A program made the position numbers and the translations under genes. A stretch of 64,000 nucleotides of DNA from a virus, in IMG/VR virus record IMGVR_UViG_3300031918_000005, positions 103,486-167,485 of that record. One strand, 5' to 3'. Under the pieces are notes generated by a model. It saw only the letters and a list, made by a program, of their open reading frames with translations. It was not told the DNA's origin and made no database searches. Shown in pieces: positions 20,434 through 30,037 of the stretch (the stretch's first letter is position 1; every line of letters begins with the position of its first letter).

Positions 20434-21573
20434 ATGACAATACCACCAATTAATATAGTTATAGGCGATTTACATTTTGGTAGATATAGCAATGATTTGA
20501 AAGAACTCGAAATTTCAATACAATACTTCAAAAACTTTATTTTCCCAATGTTAAAAGAACTCAACGAAAAATTTGGTAAAGAAAATATTGGTGTCATACA
20601 AATTGGTGATATTTATGATAATCGTTCATTGATATCGACCGAAATACAAGATTCTATACTTGATATATTTGAAGAAATGGCTGAAGAAAATCTTGTTATT
20701 GCTGATACTGGAAACCATGACAAATTTAATCAATTAATCACAACAAGTCGTATTATATCATATATTAAAAACTGTAAAACTGTAAACAAACCTACAAGAT
20801 TTACAACAGCAAACGGAAAAACAATTTCTATGATTCCAGCTATGGAAACCAAAGAAAAATTTTTGGAAGCTATATCAAAAGATGAACCAGCTGATTATAT
20901 GTTTGGTCATGATGATATCGCTGGATTTTCGCACGAAGGTATTATGGTAACAGAAGAAAAATCAATAAATATCAAAGAATTGTCAAAATATGGTCATGCT
21001 ATATTAGGCCATATACATAAAGCACAAGCAAAAGGTAATATAACATATGTTGGTTCTGCTTATCATACACGAAAAAATGAATGGGAGAATTCACCACATA
21101 TAATGGTTATTAATTTGGATACTTCAAAATATAATTTTATTAAAAATATAATTTCTCCAAAATATGTTAACATATATGTTGATGATTTGCTGGAAATGAC
21201 TGTTGATGAAGCTAATGAAGCAATTAAAAACAATAAGGTGTCTATATTTGTTGATGACTTCAACAAAATAAACACAACTAAAATATCAGAATTCCTGACT
21301 GGTCAATATTCCCTGAAATATGAACAAAAAGTAGGCAAAATATATTCACAAAACGAAGTTGATAATAATTCATATGATGAGAATATAAAATATGAAACAG
21401 TTGATGATATCAAGAAAACTATAATCGAATATATAGAATCAAACGATTCATTCATTATTGATAAACAAATGATTGCAATCAGCACAAAAGCAAAAGAAAC
21501 ATTAATAACAAAACTTAATAATTTGTATAATGCTTCGAAAGATAAAGTTAAGATGATTGATGATAACAACTAA
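20434..21573 (+). CDS. Mre11/SbcD-like nuclease (T4 gp47-like)
   Basis: GDLHFG, GDIYD, GNHD, FGHD, GHIH metallophosphoesterase motifs; probable start ATG 20434. Confidence 0.9.
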   Translation: MTIPPINIVIGDLHFGRYSNDLKELEISIQYFKNFIFPMLKELNEKFGKENIGVIQIGDIYDNRSLISTEIQDSILDIFEEMAEENLVIADTGNHDKFNQLITTSRIISYIKNCKTVNKPTRFTTANGKTISMIPAMETKEKFLEAISKDEPADYMFGHDDIAGFSHEGIMVTEEKSINIKELSKYGHAILGHIHKAQAKGNITYVGSAYHTRKNEWENSPHIMVINLDTSKYNFIKNIISPKYVNIYVDDLLEMTVDEANEAIKNNKVSIFVDDFNKINTTKISEFLTGQYSLKYEQKVGKIYSQNEVDNNSYDENIKYETVDDIKKTIIEYIESNDSFIIDKQMIAISTKAKETLITKLNNLYNASKDKVKMIDDNN

Positions 21574-21955
21574 ACAACTAAATATTATGCAAAAGCTAAT
21601 TAAAGTTTTCATAAACCTAAAAAACAACTTACAACTTCAAAAATCTTATAACGAACTTGATAAATTGTATAATGAGCAATATTTTTCAGAAATGAAGAAA
21701 AATATTGATACTATAATTTCTGAACTTACAGAAGGTAAAATTAACAGAGATAATATTTCTGTTAAACCAATCGAATATAAATCTTTGATTGAAGAACTTA
21801 TTGAAAAAAGGAAAAAGATTGAGGATTTTAACGATAAAAATTCTACTACTGAAAGAGCTAAAATAACATCATATATTGATTTGTTAACTCATGTTATTGA
21901 AATTTTCAATTCTGAAATAGGTGAACAACTGAAAGATAAATATACACAAAATTAA
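21557..21955 (+). CDS. hypothetical helical protein
   Basis: ORF between the gp47-like gene and purZ. Confidence 0.55.
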   Translation: MMITTKQLNIMQKLIKVFINLKNNLQLQKSYNELDKLYNEQYFSEMKKNIDTIISELTEGKINRDNISVKPIEYKSLIEELIEKRKKIEDFNDKNSTTERAKITSYIDLLTHVIEIFNSEIGEQLKDKYTQN

Positions 21956-21967
21956 TATTGAATTAAA

Positions 21968-23368
21968 ATGAAACATTCACAAACGACTTTTAATTATTTC
22001 TTTGCAGAAGGAAAAATAAGTTTCTTACTTGATGGGTTTGCAGGCTCGAGTGGTAAAGGACTTTTATCATCTAACATTGTTAAAAATAGCACAAATTGTA
22101 ATTTTGCTATTTCAACAAATGGTCAAAATGCATCACATTATTATGAGGAAAAATTTCCTGATGGTTCTGAAAAAATCATTTTGTTCAAAGTACTTCCAAC
22201 ATCTTCTGTTTATCATAAAAAGCTTGATGCCGTTTATGTGTGTCAAGGAGCAGCATTTGAACCAAAAAGACTTCTTGAGGAAATAGAACTTACTGGTATT
22301 CCAAGACATAAAGTGAGAATTCATTATAAAGCTGGTATTATATCTCAACAAGACAGAGATTTTGAATCTGGTGTTTGTGATTATGAAGGTAATATTAATA
22401 AAGAACGACAAAAGGGTACTGTAACTTCGGGTACTACAGCAAGTGGTGCTGGTGCTGTTCGTGCTAAAAAATGTATGCGTAATCCAGACCAAAAAATTTA
22501 CGCTTATGAATACCCTGAATTACAGGAGTTTTTATGTGATACGGAAAGAGAAATCATGTATAGACTTGATTCAGGCCAATCTGGTCTTTTCGAAATCGCT
22601 CAAGGTTTTGCACTTTCTTATGGTTTATCATACAGCAAAAGAAATACAACTGCTCGAAACTGCTCGATAACTGCTGCTATCGATGATGCTATGATTGCAC
22701 CTTTTTATATTGGTAATGTTTTTATTAATTTAAGAACACATCCTATCAAGATAAACAATATGAAATGGGTATTGAAAGGTGATGTTCCATATTATGTAAC
22801 TGCTGAATTATCTTTAGCTGAAGCTAAAGCAAGATTCGAAGAAAGACTTTTCAATTTTGTTGATAACGGTATAGTAATAACAGTTATTACTAAAAAAGAT
22901 ATATTTTTAACTGGTTTTGATTTAGAAAAATATCCCGAAATACCATATGAAGTTGTTGATTCTTATTCAGGTGATTGGTATCGTAATGGTTGGGAAAAAC
23001 CTGAAACACAAGAAGAATTGACTTGGGAACAAGTTGAGGAACAATATGGTGATAAAATAAACAAAAAAGCTATTTATACATCACTTACATTAATGCCAAG
23101 AAGAGTTGGAAGCTTTTCTACAGAACTCCTTGAAGATTCAATTAGATACAATATGCCACCAAGTGGTTACAAGGTTTATCTTTCATTAAATTTCTGTAAC
23201 TGGCTTGATAAAGAAATTGAAGGCAAAACAGAAGTTCAAGATATAACAGAAAAAGTTGAAAATTGGATTAATAAAAATATTGATTCTGTTGTTTTAAATT
23301 TTAAAGGTAGTGTAAAACTTGCTATACTTGGAACTGGTAAATGGGTTGATGAATTTATCCAAGTATAA
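21968..23368 (+). CDS. purZ: PurZ-type adenylosuccinate synthetase homolog (N6-succino-2-amino-dAMP synthase)
   Basis: GSSGKG (Ser where PurA has Asp in GDEGKG), NASH, FKVLP, EIAQGF, QEELTWEQ, RRVGSFS, LNFCNWL (PurZ-type, not PurA TKLD). Confidence 0.8.
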   Translation: MKHSQTTFNYFFAEGKISFLLDGFAGSSGKGLLSSNIVKNSTNCNFAISTNGQNASHYYEEKFPDGSEKIILFKVLPTSSVYHKKLDAVYVCQGAAFEPKRLLEEIELTGIPRHKVRIHYKAGIISQQDRDFESGVCDYEGNINKERQKGTVTSGTTASGAGAVRAKKCMRNPDQKIYAYEYPELQEFLCDTEREIMYRLDSGQSGLFEIAQGFALSYGLSYSKRNTTARNCSITAAIDDAMIAPFYIGNVFINLRTHPIKINNMKWVLKGDVPYYVTAELSLAEAKARFEERLFNFVDNGIVITVITKKDIFLTGFDLEKYPEIPYEVVDSYSGDWYRNGWEKPETQEELTWEQVEEQYGDKINKKAIYTSLTLMPRRVGSFSTELLEDSIRYNMPPSGYKVYLSLNFCNWLDKEIEGKTEVQDITEKVENWINKNIDSVVLNFKGSVKLAILGTGKWVDEFIQV

Positions 23369-23387
23369 TAATTAACATAAATAATAC

Positions 23388-23425
23388 TTTATTGGGGATA
23401 ATTGTTTTTTATTATCCCCAATAAA
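23388..23425. terminator. hairpin after purZ
   Basis: 15-bp stem tttattggggataat/attatccccaataaa. Confidence 0.65.
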
Positions 23426-23450
23426 CATATTTAAATAATAAAAAACAATT

Positions 23451-24248
23451 ATGTCCGATACTTTTAATAACGAAATGACTGTGACCAAGAACTATGATGA
23501 TATATTCTTGAGGTCTATTATTGTTGCTATTTCTGCATTTATGACTAACATTATAACATTTAAAAGATATAGAAATAATACTCTTGAAGTTGTTGAATGC
23601 CCAGTGATGTATTCTGTAACTGGTGACCAAAGGTTTATAACAGATTTATTTTTGGATTCACATCAATACCCATATAGTGGTGAAAAACCAAAAGCTGATG
23701 GCAATTATAATAAAATTCCATCAGGTGTTTTCACTATAACAGAAGCTGGTTTACAAAATCAAAATGTTAGTGGTGGTAATGAGAGATTAAAATACTTCAT
23801 TGATGAACAAAATGAACATGGTATAACACCACAAGTACCATACACAGCGAGAGGTGCTTGGTTCCCTGAAACATTTAAGATGGAACTTGAAATAAGAACT
23901 GCTTCAGAAAATGAAAGACTTAAAATATATGATGTTATAATAGAAACTTTATATAAGGTTAGAAAAACATATATCAACGATTATAAAGGTTTCAAAAAGA
24001 TACCGTTAACATTGTCGTTTCCTGAAAGTCAAGAAATAAAAAGGAATTTTACATTTACTATGAATTCTCAAGATAAATTACCGTCATTAAAATTAACGCT
24101 TGAAGTTCATACTAAAAGACCTATTGTTGATTATTCCACAGCTATCAAACTTGATAACAAAATCAAAACTGTAACTGTTCAAGGTTCTGCTAAAACTTCT
24201 TCTGCTAATAAAGAACCTTTGAATAATATAACAATTGGAGAACAATAA
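23451..24248 (+). CDS. tail completion/sheath stabiliser (gp15-like)
   Basis: FLRSIIVAISAFMTNI...ECPVMYS...QRF resembles the gp15 N-terminus. Confidence 0.55.
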   Translation: MSDTFNNEMTVTKNYDDIFLRSIIVAISAFMTNIITFKRYRNNTLEVVECPVMYSVTGDQRFITDLFLDSHQYPYSGEKPKADGNYNKIPSGVFTITEAGLQNQNVSGGNERLKYFIDEQNEHGITPQVPYTARGAWFPETFKMELEIRTASENERLKIYDVIIETLYKVRKTYINDYKGFKKIPLTLSFPESQEIKRNFTFTMNSQDKLPSLKLTLEVHTKRPIVDYSTAIKLDNKIKTVTVQGSAKTSSANKEPLNNITIGEQ

Positions 24249-24249
24249 A

Positions 24250-25353
24250 ATGTCTGATATAAAGATAATTAAAATACCATCACAACCAATAGAACAAACC
24301 TTATCACAACCATACAAGACCGATACGGTCGGTTACTTTGTGAATGTTCTTGATGGTAAATCTAAGGCATCAAAAAGAAAATTTAATTTTCCAAGTAAAA
24401 AAGCTGCTGGTGATTTCTATAAAGAAAATGCTGGTAAATGGAGAATAGATTTTTCTGATATGTCTGGAAATCCTATGCCACAAACTGAATCTTTACTTTT
24501 TGATTCTCAAAAAGAAGCATATGATAGATATGCTTTATTAATGAAATCAAATGAAAAAATTGTTGAATCAACAAACGATGAAGAAGATGATTTTGTTATA
24601 AATGAACTTGAAAAAAGTTTCGGACAATTTCTTCCTGAATATATGAAACCAAAACAATTTGGACTTAGTGGGGAAGATGAAAAAGATGAAGATATTGTTC
24701 AAGATGAAGATGTTACCCAAGCTGAAGAAAAATACCTTCAAGCATCATCCGTTGCGCTAAATGCCGCTAAAGAATTATTGAATTCAATATCGGAACTTTA
24801 TATTGATAAAGGTGTATTGGAAAAATATCCTTACTTTAAAAATAAACTTTATTTTGAGGAGAATTCGATACAAATGATTCATACTCAAATGATGATGTCA
24901 CAACTTGTATTAAAAAAATTTTTCAAACAAGTAATCAAAAACCCGACACCAAAAAATATAGAATCTCTGTCAAAAATTCAAATGTCACAACTTGCAATTA
25001 GTAAGTATCAAAGGGAATATTTGTCAGATGTTGAGGATTCATTTAAGAAACTTAAAAAGGATTATGGTGATGGTCAATTTGTTAATCAATCAGGTGTTGA
25101 AGAAGGAGAAGTTGTACAACCTGATTCACCAGTTATCAATGATAGGAAAAAACTTATCAGAGAACTTGCTGAAGTTACTGTTTCTGAAGAGTTGATACCT
25201 TTGTCACCAAATCAAAGGTTGAGAGATAAAATAGCAAAAGAAGATATTGGAAAATATGAACAGAAATTCTTAATAAGAACTGAAGCAATAGATTCACCAT
25301 TGGAAGATATATTGGAAGAGAAAAAAGATGTATTTGGAAGTTATATAGATTAA
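24250..25353 (+). CDS. hypothetical protein, possibly terminase small subunit-like
   Basis: helical C-terminal half (NPTPKNIESLSKIQ...FKKLKKD) loosely like gp16; lies upstream of the TerL fragment. Confidence 0.3.
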   Translation: MSDIKIIKIPSQPIEQTLSQPYKTDTVGYFVNVLDGKSKASKRKFNFPSKKAAGDFYKENAGKWRIDFSDMSGNPMPQTESLLFDSQKEAYDRYALLMKSNEKIVESTNDEEDDFVINELEKSFGQFLPEYMKPKQFGLSGEDEKDEDIVQDEDVTQAEEKYLQASSVALNAAKELLNSISELYIDKGVLEKYPYFKNKLYFEENSIQMIHTQMMMSQLVLKKFFKQVIKNPTPKNIESLSKIQMSQLAISKYQREYLSDVEDSFKKLKKDYGDGQFVNQSGVEEGEVVQPDSPVINDRKKLIRELAEVTVSEELIPLSPNQRLRDKIAKEDIGKYEQKFLIRTEAIDSPLEDILEEKKDVFGSYID

Positions 25354-25364
25354 AAAAATAAAAT

Positions 25365-25745
25365 ATGAATATTGGTGTGGATTTTGATGGAACATGTGTA
25401 ACACATGAATTTCCAAAAATTGGAGAAAATATTGGTGCTGTCCCAGTACTTAAAAAAATTATTAAATCTGGACATAATATAATACTTAATACTATGCGAA
25501 GCGATATATGTAATTTGCAAGAAGCCATAGATTGGTTCGCTTCTAATGGTATTAAATTGTATGGTATTAATGAAAATCCTAGACAAAAATCTTGGACTAC
25601 AAGCCCTAAAGTATATGCTGATTTATATATAGATGATGCTGCTATTGGGTGTCCACTTCTATTTGATATTAATATATCTACAAGACCTTATGTTGATTGG
25701 GTAAGAATAGAGAAAGCACTTATAGACTGTAAAATCATAAGATGA
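25365..25745 (+). CDS. HAD-superfamily phosphatase (BT0820-like)
   Basis: DFDGT, LNTMR, KVYADLYIDD. Confidence 0.8.
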   Translation: MNIGVDFDGTCVTHEFPKIGENIGAVPVLKKIIKSGHNIILNTMRSDICNLQEAIDWFASNGIKLYGINENPRQKSWTTSPKVYADLYIDDAAIGCPLLFDINISTRPYVDWVRIEKALIDCKIIR

Positions 25746-26818
25746 TGGTTAAATTTCTTAAGATAATATTAAAAATTGTTATATATTTTAATCATAAACT
25801 TTGGAAATATAAAGTTGATGAAGATTGTATAATTAATTCTGTTGTTCCTAAAAACAACACGCTTATAGGTGGTGTTAAAGGAAGCCAACACTTATCTGCT
25901 GTTCATATAAAAACCAATTCAGAAATACTTAAGATAACAACTAAAAACGGTTGTTGTGTTAAATGTTCAATAAACCATTTATTTTATGATTCCAACATGC
26001 AAATTGTTGAGGCTAAAAATATCACAAGACAAACATTCTTGGTAACAAAATATGGTTTATCAAGAGTTGTTATGATTCAAAAATTACCAAGAGAATTTAC
26101 ATTTGATGTTACAATAGGTTCGGGTGAAATGAGTTATTTTTCGAATGATATATTGAGCCATAATTCAATTATATCAGGTATTTTCATAATGTGGTATCTT
26201 CTTACAAATTACGATAAGGGTGTGGCCTGTACTTCTGCAACCGATGATAAAGTAAAAGAACTTATTGAAAAAATAGAAACGGTATATGATAACTTACCGT
26301 TTTATATGAAACTTGGTATATGTACAGATAACCAAAAAAGGAAAGTGTATGATAATGGTTGCTCTATAAAGGGTGAAACTGCAACGGAAAAAGCTGGAGC
26401 TGGATTAACAGTTAATGGTATACTTTATTGTGATGAGTTTGCGTTAATTGACCCAACAGTACTGAAGGTATTCTATACAACAATATTTCCAACAATGTCT
26501 TCTTCACAAACAGCAAAAATGATTATAACATCAACTGCAAGGGGAAGAAATTTATTTTGGCAACTTTATACAGATGGACTGCTTGGTAAAAATTATTTTA
26601 ATCCTATTCGTGTTGATTATTTTGAGGTTGAAGGTCGTGATGAAAATTGGAAACAACAAGAAATTGCAAATCTTGGTGGTTCTATTGAATCATTTGAACA
26701 AGAATATGCAAATTCTTTTGATACAAATCAACAATTGCTTTTACCAGCTGATGTAATGAAAGTTATGAAATCATATCAATCACATTTCAAAAATAATTGT
26801 TTATCACAAGCATCTTGA
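25742..26818 (+). CDS. terL: terminase large subunit, middle fragment: split-intein IntC plus ATPase domain from the Walker A Ser onward
   Basis: CSINH block B, FDVTI, LSHN/S junction (Ser142); then gp17-like LYCDEFA Walker B, IITSTARG, FEQEY; no Walker A lysine and no nuclease domain. Confidence 0.88.
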   Translation: MMVKFLKIILKIVIYFNHKLWKYKVDEDCIINSVVPKNNTLIGGVKGSQHLSAVHIKTNSEILKITTKNGCCVKCSINHLFYDSNMQIVEAKNITRQTFLVTKYGLSRVVMIQKLPREFTFDVTIGSGEMSYFSNDILSHNSIISGIFIMWYLLTNYDKGVACTSATDDKVKELIEKIETVYDNLPFYMKLGICTDNQKRKVYDNGCSIKGETATEKAGAGLTVNGILYCDEFALIDPTVLKVFYTTIFPTMSSSQTAKMIITSTARGRNLFWQLYTDGLLGKNYFNPIRVDYFEVEGRDENWKQQEIANLGGSIESFEQEYANSFDTNQQLLLPADVMKVMKSYQSHFKNNCLSQAS

Positions 26819-26859
26819 AAAACAACTCATATTTATAATATAAAGAAATAAAAACTGAA

Positions 26860-27150
26860 ATGAAAAGTAAATCTCTAGCTATTTTAAATTCCATTAAAAA
26901 TTCCATCACAAATTATTCTGTTTTGGAAGGTGTAAACAAAAAAGATATTGAAGAATTTAATGAAGATATACTTAATTCTTTACCTAAAAATAATTATAAA
27001 GAATATAAAGAATTTATTGATGAAGTTTGTGAAGTTTTTATAGAATGTTTGGAAGAAGATGAAGATATAATTCTTCCCGATGTACTCGAGCATGTATATA
27101 AAGAATCTCAAATAAAACAATATTTTAACGATTTAATCGAAAAATGCTGA
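26860..27150 (+). CDS. hypothetical protein
   Basis: 96-aa acidic ORF. Confidence 0.55.
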   Translation: MKSKSLAILNSIKNSITNYSVLEGVNKKDIEEFNEDILNSLPKNNYKEYKEFIDEVCEVFIECLEEDEDIILPDVLEHVYKESQIKQYFNDLIEKC

Positions 27151-27668
27151 TGGAAATAATATTAAAAATTGTGGTTGTAGCAATAATAGCTGCAATTTTA
27201 TACTGGAAAACAGTAAAATTATATTATTACACAATAGGGTGTTTTAGAAATATATGTTCTTTGAAAGACATACAAGATAAATATAAATTGACAATTAATA
27301 ACCAAGTTATTAATAACTTAAGGATGTCAACTTTTGGAATAATGTATATAGTTGTCGTTATTCCTGAAGAAATTGAATCAAAACATTTTGATGAGTATCT
27401 TCAGGAATATTGTAAATTTCTTGAGCAATCAATGTCTGTACAAAATTTATACGGACTTGTTATGACAAGGAAAGAAAAATTTATAATGAAGTCCGATGAA
27501 GAAGTCACAAACACAATATTTTATCTGAAGTTTATACCTATATTGTACAAAAACACATTTGGAAGATTTCTGCTATTTTTATCGCTTTCTGCAATATCAA
27601 TATATCTAATCAACCGATTTGATGTTGCCCAAATGTTATTGGATTTAGTCAAATTAATCAATCTATAA
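27144..27668 (+). CDS. membrane protein
   Basis: N- and C-terminal TM segments. Confidence 0.6.
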   Translation: MLMEIILKIVVVAIIAAILYWKTVKLYYYTIGCFRNICSLKDIQDKYKLTINNQVINNLRMSTFGIMYIVVVIPEEIESKHFDEYLQEYCKFLEQSMSVQNLYGLVMTRKEKFIMKSDEEVTNTIFYLKFIPILYKNTFGRFLLFLSLSAISIYLINRFDVAQMLLDLVKLINL

Positions 27669-28195
27669 TGGTAAGTAATAACTTTCATATCAAGTATAAT
27701 AAAATGTTTATGATATTTTTTATACTTGTTATGTTGGGTTCTCTTGTTTCGGCTTATCACATATTTGAAACAATGTCTATTGGCAATCCAATAATTTTTG
27801 CATTAGCAATAGCTGTTGTTTATGAATTTGCTCAAGTACTAATAGTATTGTTAATACCTCAAATAAAAGATAAAACTAAATCATATGTTTTTTCTGTATT
27901 CGCAATTATAATACTCATACAATTATTTTCCAATATATATTATTCATATAATTTTATCCAATCACATATGGATAAAAACGCTGTTATGTTCAATAATTTT
28001 TATGATATACTGAATATCTTTAGTGAAATAACTGATAAGAAACTTGTTACATTCATATTTGCATCAATTATAGGTATGCCTATTCCTATCATAACATTGC
28101 TACTAGCAAAGATTTTTTCTGATAAAAATGACGAAGATGATGATGTACAGAGTACAGATGAATATTATAAAAAATTAATATCAGAATTGGAATGA
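27668..28195 (+). CDS. four-TM membrane protein
   Basis: four hydrophobic segments. Confidence 0.65.
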   Translation: MVSNNFHIKYNKMFMIFFILVMLGSLVSAYHIFETMSIGNPIIFALAIAVVYEFAQVLIVLLIPQIKDKTKSYVFSVFAIIILIQLFSNIYYSYNFIQSHMDKNAVMFNNFYDILNIFSEITDKKLVTFIFASIIGMPIPIITLLLAKIFSDKNDEDDDVQSTDEYYKKLISELE

Positions 28196-29673
28196 TAAAT
28201 GCGAAGCAGATTTTTGATAACATGTCTATCTCGTACTTTAATGAAGATGGTATAATTGAAATAATGAATTTACCAATTTCTGATAATGAAAAATTTATAT
28301 GGGAAGAAACTACAGAAGAAGATAGATATAAGCATAATGTTATTACTTCTCAATTTGATAGACCAGTAAAAAGAATAAGGAAAAATTATTTGTCAAAATA
28401 CAGACAGATAGAATATATCAATAACTTACCACAAGAACTTAAAGACAAAATATTTTCAGATAATAAACCGAAAAAATGGTTTTGGGATATTGAAACTGAA
28501 ATCATAGATGGTGTATTCCCTGATGCATCAAATCCTATAGGAAAAATTTTACTCCATACAATATGTGATGAATTCGGCAATGGAACTATATTTGGTCTAA
28601 AACCGATGACTGGTGAAGAGCTTAAACGTATTGAAATTGACTTAATCAATCACTTATCCAAAGTTAAGGATAAGAAATTGATTAAGAAGGTTAATCTTCA
28701 ATATCGCCAATATGCCGATGAATATTCCATGAATCATGATTTCATTTCAAATTACATGATAAAGTTTCCTATAACTTTTGGTTGGAATGTTTTGAAATTT
28801 GATGCTCAATATTTTTTCAATAGATGCAAAAAACTTGGAATCGATTATGTTAAAATCCTTTCTCCAGTTCATAAATCTTTTTCACATTCTTTATCTGATA
28901 AGTACAATAAAGAAAATAAAATACTACTTGATTTACCGCTTCATAGACCTATAATTGACTACATGCAGATTTTTGAATTTTTCGACCAATCTGTAAAGTA
29001 TAAAACATCAATGTCGCTTGGATTTATATCTGAAGAAGTACTTGGAGTTACCAAAGTTGAATATTCTGGTAATTTACAAACACTATATGAAAAAGATTTT
29101 CCTAAATTCTGTTTCTATGGTATAGTTGATGCATTTCTTGTGCAAATGATTGATGAAAAAACCGATATTTATTCACTTATGCAATCAATTACCAACATTG
29201 GTAAAGTTGAATTATTATTTGGCACATCGGTTTCTATAATTATTGAATCTTTGTTTAGTGACTATTATTATAGAGTGTATAACAAAGTGTTTATCAAAAA
29301 AGAGAATGTTCATGAAGGATATGATGGTGCTTTTGTAATAGACCCTATTGTTGGGCTTTACGAATATATTGGGATTTATGACTTTGAAAGTCTATATCCT
29401 TCAATCATGCAATTCCTCAATATTGGTCTTGATACATTTGTTGGTCAAACCTATGGTGGAGATAAAACAACTGTAATTACTAACACTGGTGAACAAATGC
29501 CATTTGATAAAGCTACTATGATTAGAGCCAATAATGGTGTTGTTTATACAAACAAAATTGAAGGATGCGTGAGAACATCCATTAATGAATTATTCACAAG
29601 GCGTGTAAATGCTAAATATGCCAATAATGATATTGGTAATGAAGTGGAGCAACTCAAAAAACTATTAATATAA
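28192..29673 (+). CDS. family B DNA polymerase, N-terminal half (3'-5' exonuclease plus first palm motif)
   Basis: WDIET, GWN...FD, YGIVD, YDFESLYPSIM; ends in the first finger helix and lacks KxxxNSxYG and YxDTDS. Confidence 0.88.
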   Translation: MINAKQIFDNMSISYFNEDGIIEIMNLPISDNEKFIWEETTEEDRYKHNVITSQFDRPVKRIRKNYLSKYRQIEYINNLPQELKDKIFSDNKPKKWFWDIETEIIDGVFPDASNPIGKILLHTICDEFGNGTIFGLKPMTGEELKRIEIDLINHLSKVKDKKLIKKVNLQYRQYADEYSMNHDFISNYMIKFPITFGWNVLKFDAQYFFNRCKKLGIDYVKILSPVHKSFSHSLSDKYNKENKILLDLPLHRPIIDYMQIFEFFDQSVKYKTSMSLGFISEEVLGVTKVEYSGNLQTLYEKDFPKFCFYGIVDAFLVQMIDEKTDIYSLMQSITNIGKVELLFGTSVSIIIESLFSDYYYRVYNKVFIKKENVHEGYDGAFVIDPIVGLYEYIGIYDFESLYPSIMQFLNIGLDTFVGQTYGGDKTTVITNTGEQMPFDKATMIRANNGVVYTNKIEGCVRTSINELFTRRVNAKYANNDIGNEVEQLKKLLI

Positions 29674-29679
29674 ATTTAT

Positions 29680-29976
29680 ATGGAAGGTAAAAAAGTAATT
29701 GTTAATGTAATCAAAAAGAGAATCCTTGTAAAAATCGAGGAACAAAAAGAGGAAACCGAGAAAGGTCTTATTGCTATAAAACTTGATGATACAGACCAAA
29801 CTCTTGGTGTGATTGTCGGTACTGGTTCTGAAGCTTTGGAAGCTAAAGTTGGTCAAAGAATAATGTTTAACCGATATTCGGGAACATCCTTGACAATAGA
29901 AAATGAGCCATATAGAGTTATGCAAGAAGAAGATATTCTACTCATAATAACAAATAAATACTCTATTAAACCATAA
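29680..29976 (+). CDS. groES: co-chaperonin GroES
   Basis: RILVK...TEKGL...GVIVGTG...KVGQRIMF.RYSGT...EEDIL. Confidence 0.85.
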   Translation: MEGKKVIVNVIKKRILVKIEEQKEETEKGLIAIKLDDTDQTLGVIVGTGSEALEAKVGQRIMFNRYSGTSLTIENEPYRVMQEEDILLIITNKYSIKP

Positions 29977-30037
29977 GAGATCCTCTCTTTAATTCGTGAT
30001 ATTCACAGAATATTAAAACACCATAAAATAGAAGAAA

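Noticed and set aside
7262-21573. gp46 and gp47 separated and on opposite strands as another split gene
   Set aside because: These are normally two genes and both are complete; the separation only reflects shuffled gene order.
21968-23368. Annotation as ordinary purA
   Set aside because: It lacks the catalytic Asp of GDEGKG and the TKLD guanine-specificity motif, and matches the PurZ pattern.
26798-26818. TerL ATPase fragment ends in CLSQAS, resembling an intein start
   Set aside because: Only 6 residues long, and the nuclease gene at 48269 has no IntC (no HN-C/S/T motif) to pair with.
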